From: a virus
Virus record (IMG/VR): IMGVR_UViG_3300030117_007501
Coordinates: 94,283 to 158,282 of that record
DNA: 64,000 nt
Direction: 5' to 3' (one strand)
The notes below the pieces were generated by a model, which saw only the letters and a program-made list of their open reading frames with translations, searched no databases and was not told the DNA's origin. Position numbers and translations under genes: made by a program. This document shows, one piece after another, positions 8,739-20,700 of this stretch; the first letter of the stretch is position 1; each line of letters opens with the position of its first letter.

Positions 8739-11700
8739 ATGGCTAACATGAAAATACGAATTGTAAAAGGAGAAGTTTCAGCATCTGCCCTGAGAGCGTA
8801 TTATTATGGCACATCAGTTGAAACCAGACAGCAAGACGAAGATCAGGGCATCAACACTATATCTCCCGGAGATGTATACACTTTTGAGTTCAAGTATAAT
8901 GACATCGGCAAAGGAGAATATAAGCTAGGCTACTCCGGAAAGGAGATGCTGGCGATAAAAGAATTTTTAGCCTCGGTGGTTGATCCAAGCACGTACAGGA
9001 TAGAAGATAGGGGAATTTTCGGAGCCCGAAGAACAAGGGTAGCTTCAAGCGACGCAGAGGCGGCAACAGATAGGAATTCCCCTATATCGATGAGAGACGG
9101 ATTTACTTTCGATGAAAAGACTCAAGCAGCCCTAACAATATGGCAAATGAACAACAGTGCCAGTATAAGAGAGTACGGAATTACTCATTTGGGTTGGACA
9201 CGGGACGCAGACAGCCATTACAGTGAAGAAATAGGCAGCTTTGGGCTAGCTTCATTTGCTATAGCTCACGGCTGGTCTCAGGGTAGAAAACATTTTTATG
9301 ATGAGGGGTTTGGATCCCCGCCGAGCAAGGTTGACGCGGCAACAGAGCAGATAAGAGAAGCAATATCTCCAAACCCCCCTTCATCACCAAGCCGCCTACA
9401 TATGGCTGCAACCCGAGTCGCTGATGTAATCCATGAGGCTGTCCCCAAAGACAACGAAGGTAGAGCAATTGAAACTGGGGAGCTGACAAAGGAACAACAT
9501 CAGCAGCACGCACTATCAGAGTTGTCGACTCCAGAGCCTAGCGGCAATCAAGCGCCATGGGAAGATCCGTCCGGAAAGAGAATAGGCGTATTCGTTGATA
9601 CTGATTTTACTTTAGAAAATCCTCCTTCTTTTTCTTATGAGGAGGACATGATATCTTATCTTCTAATGAAGGAGCGTGAAGCGCTCGAGAAGGTGTTCGA
9701 TCATTATGGAAAGGCAAGCACTTGGCCATTCCCGATAGGTAGAATGGTGAACGAAGAAGAGCCTACAATGTCCGCTTGGTATGATATAGAAGCCATGCCG
9801 GAAGCTATAAATGTCACTATAGACGAAACTCCAGCCGGCGCCATGCGCTATGATCAATTTGAAGCGCGCTACTCTTGGGCACTTCGACAAGGTGCCGCAG
9901 CGAGAGGTAGAATACCTTTAGTGTGGGCGGAGGCAGGAGTTGTAATTACGCCGAAAGAGTGGAGGCTGGGCTTAGCAGCAACGCCAGATTTACCAGAAGA
10001 AGATAGATCGTCACAGCACTTTACCGACATTGACGTTGTTGTTAGAGAAGTTTTTCGCGCTCCAAAAGCTCGTCCGGGTGATGTGTATAGGCTTCAGTTC
10101 TGGGTTAACAAAGGGATATTGCGAGAAGGAGCATCATCAGGGGGAACTAGGTTTACACCAGCTGATGTTATAACTGCTGCAGTTGTTAATTACGAAAAGG
10201 CAGCTGGGGCAATTGATGCTGCCGGAGAGTTTCTGGAAAACCCTGGCGCTGCAGTAGAAGCATGGGTTGGAAAAGCCGAAGACAGAATAAATAAATCTGT
10301 CGACGCAGCTGAAGATTATGTTCGCTCTAATCTGAGGTATGCTGATCAAAACAAGAAGAAGGTGGCAAGAAACGTTTGGAAGAAGTGGAGAGAAGACACC
10401 AGACGAAGGCAGGCGGATCAAAGGTATGCTAGTGCCGAAGCCCGCGCTGCACAGATATTGGAAGCTAGAAAAAAGTCCGGCTTCCCAACTCCCTCTCACG
10501 TAACATATGAAGCTAGAACATTCAAAAAGCACATAGAGGCTGTCGCCTCTAAGATGGATGAGTTTCAGAAAGAGTTGGTAGAGTGGCAAAAAGCCTCAGT
10601 TAAAAATGTAAAAACATCAGGAGGTTCGTTTGTTCCGGTGTTGGATTTGTCGGTGGAGGCTCAAAACTTACGAGACTGCATACCAGCTTTCGAAAGAATA
10701 TTGGGAAGGAACGGATTCAAACTAAGAGACAAGTTTGGAGAATATATAAAAGTCTCCTACGTACCAGACAAAGATGAGACGTCCGCGAAAAACGTGCTAG
10801 GGGCATTGATAGCTACCATGTCCTTTGTTCCTAGGAAGGGTGAAGGTGTTTTTGGTACTAGATCTGCATCAGCTTTTGTGGGAGGGGATTACCAGACAGA
10901 CGAAGAAAGCGAAAAGATGACAATCCGCGTGAAAGCAGGCGCTAGAGAGTTCGACTCGCACATAGAAGCAAAAAGTTTAGAAGACATATCTGATCCCGCC
11001 ATCGTGAATAGGAGAAATAGTCTCTATTCTAAACTTAAGCACCCCTTCAACAACCCAAGAACTCTGGCATACCTGATGCAGCTAGAGGAGATGTACAACT
11101 ACATCAATAAGCCTGCCGACTGGGGGAGCGACTGTAATGATGTTTTAATGCCAAAGTCCATTCCTTTTGCCATGCAGTTTACATATCCTCTACCTGGTAT
11201 CAAGCCAAGAACTCCAGATAACTATGGGAAGCCAAAGGAAGGGCCCGATTCGTTTGACAAGGCAGCGCTGCAAGTTGATGGTTCAATGCTTAAGATGATG
11301 GGCGAGATAAAGACTGCAAGTCAAGCTGTTTCGGAAAAGATAGCCATATCAGAGGAAGAAAAAGACGCTCTCCTAAAGGTGGAGCAGGGCAAGGTATATG
11401 ACATAAACGATTTGCTGCCTCTCGGCGAATTGTGCACATGGGAAGAAATACAGCAAAAGGTGTTGAAAAAGTTTGACTTCAAAATGATGTTGTGTGAGTG
11501 GGCACAGTGTTTAGCTATCCCCTGGCCTATTGAGTTTGATTGGGATTTGAACTTTGACTTCGACTGGCCAAAGATTCCAACATTTGATTTATACATGTTG
11601 TATCCTATAATTGTAGCAAATCTCCTAGAGATGCTGATAAGACTTCTTTGTACAATAATTATGAAGCTGTTGGATATGATAAGGTTGCCGAATTGTGATG

Positions 11701-14700
11701 ACTTGTTCGACGCTGCATTGTACGGCATATCGTCTATAGCAAACGCAGTAGAGGAGTACCACAACCAAAAGGACGGAGAAGGGGGTATTGTACTCTTTAA
11801 TGCAACTTCCGGAGTTAATCCTATAAATGCTGAATTTTTGAAACTGATAAAGGCGCAAACTCCCGGACAAGCAGAGGCTCAAAAAAGATTCATACAAAAC
11901 TTGGCAGACTTTGGAGTATCTGCAGAATACATGGAAGACAATAATCTTGACGGTGAAACTGTCTCGGCTCTTTTCGAAGATGTATCGAGAATTTTGACTC
12001 CTACAGAACTTTGTGCTCTTTTGCAGGGAGCGCTTAACCACGAAACAGTAGAGTTGGTAAGAAGTCTAATAATATCAACCCAGCCGTCATTAGCATCCTT
12101 TTTCAGAAATGATACAGCGGTATCTCAGTTCTTCTCCTCTCTTGGAGGCTTATTGGGGCAAGAGATATGCGATATTGTCAGTAGAGCCCCCGCCGAAGCG
12201 ATGTCTTCCGGAAGGTGCGATGACGGCACTAACTTGAGAGACTACTTGGCAGCTGGCGGTGCCGACGCTCAACAGATAGCTAACGCACTAGCTATAGCCA
12301 AAGCAGAGGCAGATAGAAGATTGGCAGTCGCCAACTCACTAGCAAGTTCAAATCCGCTGGATGGTGTTGTACCAAAAAATGTAGTAGATTTTTCAGATCC
12401 TAATGCTGTTATTTCAGATATACCACCTGCTTTAATGAATCAACTGTCAAATGGGGTATCATCTATAATAGGAACAGTCAAGGGAACGTATTTGCAGGAA
12501 ATAACAAGATATGTCCCATCTCTATATGATACTGACTCCCGAGCAATGAATTTTCTAGATCCTGAATTTAACATATTTTTTAGAATTCAGGCGGAAATAG
12601 CAATGAAGATATTAATGGACTTTGAAAGTCAAACTCCCAAACTGCTCTCCGATATGCCGCTACCTAAGTGGGAGGCTAGAAATTCTCTGTACACCACATA
12701 CAGATACAATTTTGAAGGATTCCAGAGGCAATTGATTCCGATGCCATTTTCTTCGCCACCCTATCGAATTGAGTATAAGGAAACAGTAATTGAAGTTCCA
12801 AACGCTTTTGAAACGAGTGGCTTGCCTGGTTCGAGCTATCGAAGTCTAGAAGACTGGCTTCAGCAGAGTAATCTCATGTCTGACGAGGGCAGTCCAATGG
12901 GGCAATTTGTGCTAAGAACAGTGTTGGATGACGAGGAGGGAGTAATACTAGAAGAAGACACCTCAGTCCAAGAGCATCCAGAACTGGGCCCAAAGCTTAT
13001 ATCTGCAACTATGTTATCGAAAACTGAGCCACAAGACGGTTCCATATTGTTTGGCGATGATGACTGGCAATATACAACTAAATATGGAAAAGTTAAGTCC
13101 GCTAGCGATATTGCAAACATACAATTGGCGGCAGACGGACGCTACGGTGAAGCAGGTGAACCAACTGCCGTTGCTGACTTTATTAAAGAAGTTATGGATG
13201 ATGTAAAATCTCGACTAAATGAGCTTCAAATGCATATAATGAGAGATTTGGAGGTTAACCATAAGCAAAGGGTGGAGTCTAATATTGCACCGGATGTCAG
13301 GAGATTGATATTAAAGGAAGAAGAAATAAAGAGAGAACAGCTACCAGCAACTCTAGAGAGAATTTACGGGCCCGCCGCTGAGGTATCCAACTTGGAGCAT
13401 TTTTATGCGGATGAGGAAGGGTTCAGGATGATGATCCCAGAAGTCGTGGACAACGAAGGCACTTCTTATGATGCAGATATAACCTATATAGAATATCCCG
13501 CAGACTCTCAAAATAGGAACGTAGTCTCAACGGTTATTCGAGATAACGTCGTACTTAAAAACAGTCAGCAGGACGCTGCGACAATTATAAGAGTTGACGA
13601 GTGCGATGAATCTATTATCGAGCTAATAAGAGAAGATTATCCCGATAATACACCTTCTTTGTTTGAAGATTTCACTATTCCTCCGGGCAAAAATCAGCGT
13701 CCCGAGTCTTTATTTCACCTAACAAAGAAGAATTTTGAATTAGATTATCAAAGATACGGGCTCAATAAGCCAGACATGCTCGAAAGAGGTTCGAATGCTT
13801 TTCCATTGTTTCACGACTATGTGTATACTGGCTTGTATAAGCATATGCAAGAAGTCATTTTCGAGAAAGTTTTTGATCAACTAGCTTCAAGTCCAATGTT
13901 TGATCCGGAAGAGTTGAGAAAGATAGATAATAGACTCAGAGGAAAGGCAGAGATAAGCCCAGAGGGTTGTTTGAGGTTGTCTGAAGGCTTAATGAATTTT
14001 GATAGGTTAATAAAGAATGCCACAGACATGGTGAGAGAGGAGTTTAAGAAACCTGAAAACGCACTAGCAAATAGAGATTATTCAGATCCAGGCCCGTTTG
14101 AACAAGGTGTTTTAACCGCCTTAGTTAGCTTGATGGTGGATGTCCTATTGGTTGAGATAGCCATGAGAGGCGGCGTAGCCTTTTCAACCTACAGTACGGA
14201 AAAACTCTTAAATGATACTGTGTTCAGGGAGTACATTCTCAAGTTTATCGATTCAAGCGTACTCGATATATCGAGAATGGGATTCGATTACGGATCCGCC
14301 TATGATGTCTTTTATAAAAAATTGGGATCCCTGTCTGGTATGCCTGTTGGCACCGATAGTCAAAGGAGAGCAGCATTATTGGAGTTCTTGGCTCTTAAGC
14401 TGTGGAATGCGGACAATACATCGTCGGTTAGAGAAACCAGCCTTACTGACGAGGGTGTTGCTATAGCGCAAAGAATAGATAAGGCATTTGGCACAAAAAC
14501 AGATACTTTCTCCCTGGACGATAGCTTTAAGATTGTTCCCGTTTCTAGATGGATACCAAAAACTGATCAATTGTGGCAGAAATATAGAAACTTTTCGCAC
14601 ACAATGCCCTCCGCGACCCTGGAAATAACTAGGTATGATAATACACCCCCAAACCTAATTGAAACAGAACAAGAGTTCCTCTTGTCGCCGATAAAGCTTC

Positions 14701-17700
14701 CCCATCTTGATGATGTTAAGAAGAAGGGAAGATTTTATATTGAGAATTATATAAGAATCATCGGGCCCGGCGCTAGCAGTCTTGAGGGTGATGAGTTTAA
14801 GTTTGGGCAAGAGTTCCAAGAATTTAGAAGGACTTTGAGAGAACAGATATTCATTGCATCATTGGGCAGTCCTCACTTGGCATCGTTTGGCCAGGTAGAC
14901 TTCCAGTTGGATCGCTTCGAAGCACAGGTGGAGAGAACCAACACCGCTGTAGGCGAAATAGAAGATAGGCTTGAAGAGCTTGAGGTTATGGAGCCGGTAC
15001 GTATAGCCGATGACGATAATTATTTAACCGTAGATCCTCCAACTGCTCCCGTGGGACAATCGCAGGAATTGGTTAATTCAACTGAGTTGGTTGATTTTAT
15101 CCGAGCTTCATATCACGAAGGCTTCGATAAAGAGATGTGTGATATTGTTGGAGCTATATATTCGGACAACCCTCTAGATCCGTGTTACATGTCTCCAAAA
15201 TCAAATTATCGATTTCCAACAAGGCTTATTAAGAAAAGAAGAAAGTTTTTAAAAATACGCCCAAACAACTCATCGACATATAATCTCGGCCCTGCAGATG
15301 TTGCCGTAGAGGACGGTTCCCACATAAGCTTATTTATGCAGGCTCATCAATACAAGGAAGATAATTCCCGATGGGGCGTGCAGGATTCTAACAACAATTC
15401 TCCATGGGAATATTATTCTGTTCCTGCAAATGTATGTGAAATATCAAAAAACTACAGAAACATAGATAACCCGGAAGAAGACACATTTGTCAATATCTTG
15501 AATCAGTTTGCACCAGTCGAAGGCGAAGATCCACGTGCCCCGAGCGATAGGGCGGATATAATTATATCTCTAGAGGTAAAGGATATGGTGGATAAAATAT
15601 ATGCTCTAGAGCCTCTCGAAATGCCAGAATTTCCAGATAGGGATCATTACAACGGAGGTGAGGCGATAGTTTCATCGATGATGAATCAGTTCACTCCGAT
15701 AGGAAGAGTCCGCCTGGTGACTGGTGGTAAAGTGGGGTATAGATATCCATACCGCCCTTCGGAGGTAAACGACAAAGAAACATACCCTAGGCTTAAGAGC
15801 GGACTAACAATAAAGAAAGTACAACTTTTAGATGATGAAGCTATCCCGTATGAGGTGGACGGCGAGACTGAGTGGCATCCACTCGATCCAGATGCGCCAT
15901 GGATACGTGCAGGTTGGGGTGACGTCCTCGATCAAGAACGGTTTGGAGGTAGATCTTTCCATAATCTGGGCAAGTTAACGGAAGAAAGATTCGAATATCA
16001 CAAAGAAAGAGGGCACTTAATAGAAAACTCTCCGGAAACACCGGGCTTGGGACGTCCAAAGGGCATATATGAAGAGTGGACAGAGTATGTGATAGATCAC
16101 GAAATGTATGTCTTCGATCATCCGGGAGAAAGTTGGCACCACCCAGATGAAATGCCGGCACTGACGTCATTGGTGATGTCTAAGATAGCGCAGTTTACTG
16201 CTATCGACGAAAACACCGGCCGCCCTAACGTCCTCGGGCGGTCTGTTTTCGCTCCAAGTATGTATAGTGGCCAAAACAGAGGCCTGCGCGCTCCACGTGA
16301 ACAATGGTCCAGGCAAAACAGGCCAAGTCGATACCGTGCTGATGAACATGCCGCAGTGATGAGGGCTTGCGATCACGAAAATCCGGGCACTCATTATCCA
16401 AGAGTGTACTCCACGACGTTCACTGCACCTAGGAACACGCGTACCATGGAACGAAATTTCAACGACACCGGCACGGCGAGCCCTGTCTTCCTCGCGTTGG
16501 ATCAATATCCGTTTGGAGGAAATCATGCCATCACAGAGCATAATTCCTTCAGGAGGCTTCCGAAAAATTCTCGCCCCGACTTGTTTAATCCGGGAGCATG
16601 GTATCCCGGTGCACACATGAGTGATGGTCAGTGGTCAGAGGGCAGTAGTTTAATAGCTAACAGAAGCAAATCAATGTCTTTTGGATACGTATTGTCTCGC
16701 CCAATGGGACACTCAAAAGCTGGTCAAGCGCCTGCCGGCCCAGAGAATTCTCGAGAATTGAGGGCTAATCAGTACGCTGTCCCAGTAAGGATGCTTGTAA
16801 CGAAAGTAGATTATAAGCAGGATATGTATGACGAACAAGGAAACGTAACAAGATCTCAGATACTACATTCAGAAAGCTTCATCAACTATGAACTCCCAGA
16901 GGCAGTAAAGGGGCTGGGGCACAATGAGGGTGAAATAGTTGAGCATGATTTTTCATCTCCTGTAAACGTACAACGAGGACAAACAGTTAAGCCTGCCTTG
17001 GCAAAAATGAATTTTGATAGGAAAACCTCCCTGCAAAGAGGGTTGAATCAGTTGGCTTTTGAATACTGCCTAGGGGGCACCAGATCTAATTCGTTGCGAG
17101 ATTCCAATAGGGCAAGGATGTTCGCTCATTATGGCTGGCCAGCTCGCGGAGTCGTGAACCCCGAAGGCGAAGTATTCCAGAGGTTTCAAAAGAGAGTTCA
17201 CGCATGGATAATGGAGCCCGACAACGAACAAGCGCCTCCAGACTCCCTTCGATGGGAGGACATCTGGCCTGACGACCCACCACCCGCTCAGCGATCGCCA
17301 AATCCTGCAAACTCCTACTACAATGAAGCGAAGCGGGCTATGGAGCGAATTCGCGACGATAATCGAGGCTCTGGAATTCAACAATTGCGGCGCCGCGAAA
17401 TGTTCGTACGAGAAAACTTGCTAAACAATCCATTACACCCAGATTATGACATCATGGGCCGGATCGGTGGTGGGATGGACGATGTTGACGGAGCCGACAT
17501 AATGCACCGCCATTGGATAACTCACATGCGCAGATTCGAGCCCGGTACGACAGCTAACATCGAATTTTTAGAGGCAATATGGAGAGGAAGATTTCAGCCC
17601 GGCAATTATGGTCCGGACAACGACTCTAGTTATCGCGGCGGCCATTTGCCTTTCATAGGTGAAAAGATAACACTAACTAAGTTTACTGAAAATGGATTAA

Positions 17701-20700
17701 TAGGACAAGAAGAAGATAATCAAGCATCAATTGTAACATCAGAAATCAGAAACCCCTTGTGGAATCCAGATGATTTTACTGGAATGTTTGCTGATGAAAT
17801 CCACATGGAGCTATTATCTATATCGGCAGACACGCATGGAATCAGGCCGTTCAGTCAGTACTATACTACTGAAGCCGCACGCACCACACGTCGTGGATTG
17901 CAGCCCGAAGAGGTATCGCACGGCCCAGCACTATCTGTTTCGAAGGTATATAGTGCTGGCGCACACCAAGAGGCAAAGCATAAGTGGTGGGGTAAAGGTA
18001 GCCCATATGACGGCGAGTATATCTATGATCCTGATGACAGAGATGATCCTTACAAAGCAAAACTAGATAACTTGTTTTACAAAAAAAGAAGAGGAGTCCT
18101 TCTTAAACAATCGACTTTGGGCACACCATGGTTTAGGGCATTGAGTGATCCAAACGCCAACAGCCAAGAGCTTAAGGGGGAAGTTACTAGGTTTCTGGAG
18201 TCTTACGTAAATTGTAGAAGATACGAAGGTTTTTGGGGGAGGACTTCTAGTCCATGGTGGCTGTGGGGTGCACAGGGCTATTATCCAGGCGCCAGAGGCG
18301 CGGATTGGACATTGCAGACTACAAGCCGCGATCACCTCGGAAGAGAACAAGTCAGACCCATCAATATGTCTGAGGAGCGGGGCAAATATGAGAACAGTTA
18401 TAGGCTGCATCTCCAATATGACGCTTCAGATATAGTAGCATATGTGGTGGAGAAACTATTGACTCGCCCAAACCGTGATGAACCTGCAGCCGATGAAAGC
18501 AATTGGTTTGACGGACACAGAGGGCACTATGGAGGAAATGTAAATGTTCACCGTGGGTATGGTCCATACGAGTGGTATAGAACTACTAATAATGTTTACT
18601 CTAACCGATACGACGTCGACCCTGAAAACGTAGCAAGGCAAGATTCCATGATGGCAATTCAGAGTTTATATACGAATGATATAGTAGCTGTCTTTAGGCA
18701 ATTGGGAGATTGGAATTGTCAAGCCGTAAAACACTTCGTTAATGCATTCCCAAGGGTCCAGGGCGTACGCCGCATTGATGACGCCGATGAAGACATAAGT
18801 GAAATCGTTCAGGATTATCTCGGCCGATCTGAGACATTTACAACCTGGCTTAGTGATATAATTCCCGAACCTCAAAAACAGCCGGGCTACAGGAAGGGCG
18901 CCAAGAACGCTGGAGCAATGTCGATAAGCTGGGATTATCAATATAAGAGATGTTTTGACAATGATCCGACAATCCGAACCTGGCCAGATTTGTGGGATAT
19001 GGTACATCTCGTTGGATACGGCGCAGGCTGGGCATTGATGTCATACGGGGGCAACGACGGCGGCGTGCCCGATGATTCTGAACACCATAACAACATTATC
19101 ATGCCTAGCCAGTGCTTTAGTTATGTGCAGGGCGACGCAAATCACCCACAAGTACTGCCGGCAGAAAATAGGCATGAATCATTTATGAGTCCGTTTAACA
19201 TTGTTGTTCCGGAAATGACAAGCACAGAAAGGATAAATTATGGACAAGAAGATTCGCCAAGAAGAGAACCATCTGCTGGTGGAGTAGGGGAAATAGTCTT
19301 TGGGGATTACCAATTTATAGACTCACCAGACATGGCAACAGCCGATATGTGGAATTTTGAAAGCAGGAAGATGCTAGATGGGACTGGGGACAAAGAGGCG
19401 AAAATAACTGCCGCAGCGGACAATAACACACTAGCTGATGGGTTCAACATATATGCTGCAAATGCTGCGATAAACTTACTACTGAGGGCAGAACAAGAAG
19501 AGAGGTACTTTTGGTCACAATTAAGTCAATTTGGCACTGGAGAATACAATCCAGAAGGAGAGCCTATAGGCATATTCGAAAGTTTAAATAGGAGGCTGTC
19601 AGCTGAGATGTCTAGGCGCCTTGAAGTGTTGTTTGGGGAAACAGAATACCTTGTTGGATCTAGGCTCGTGTATATAGTCCCGGAAGATACGGATCCGAAT
19701 TTTGGAGATTCCGGAGAGTTTTGGACACAACACGGCGAAAACCCACAAGATGAATATAGAGATTTTACAGAAATAACTCGAGAAGAAAGAACCTGGATGG
19801 TAACTGTAGAGGATGAATCAACTGGGCAGTGGTTTAGATCTAGGTGCATCCCACTGGCATTCAATGAAGTCCCAATAGATATGAAGTGCCACTATACTAG
19901 ATTTCAGAATGAAATAGCTTCAATGAGTGCAGAAGTCCTCAGTGGACTTAAGCAAAAGCCTGAGTATAGAATGTTGTCGAAATACGCTTTCCCAGTCGAG
20001 AGGTATGCAAGCATATCTAGTATATATTCTTTGATGGCGCTCTCTCAAAGAGAACAAGTCAGAGATACTCTCAGCAATACCAAGGCTAGTATAGCAAAGC
20101 TGATGAAGCTGATGTCAGAGCGTCCACCGTTTGGAAACACGATTGAGATTATGGATGGAGGCGTTTTTAGATCTGTGTTTATGGGCTCGATGAGTCCTGA
20201 TGGGCCAGTAGGCTTGCCAAGCTTCATGATGGCTAAGTTTGGAGACTTCATATCTGATTTGGCGTACAACGCAATGATGACGCCACCATGGTTGATAAGA
20301 TCTTTAGCATCTGGCTTAGATCCTGCGTTCAAAGACATGAGAAAGCTAGCAATGAACCCTCAATGTAAGATAGATGGAGTCAACTGGAAGAATGTCACAA
20401 AGACAGCACTTGATAACAAGATGGTTAAGGGCGTAGATACCAAGAATAGAACCTATGCACCAGTCAGTACTGCATTTCCCGCAGATTTATTCTATCGAGG
20501 TACCCAGATATCGCCTCCGTTTGTTAATAAGAATTTCTTTAAAGCATTGGTTAAGTTCGCTAATTTTGTTGCAAAAGACAACTTGCCTCCTCCTCCGAAG
20601 ATTAAAGCCGGCGCAAGATCGGCAGACACTGCAGAATACGATAAGTTGGTGGCAAGAGTGAACGATAGATACGGAACTTTCTTGGGCCCATTGGGGCTAA

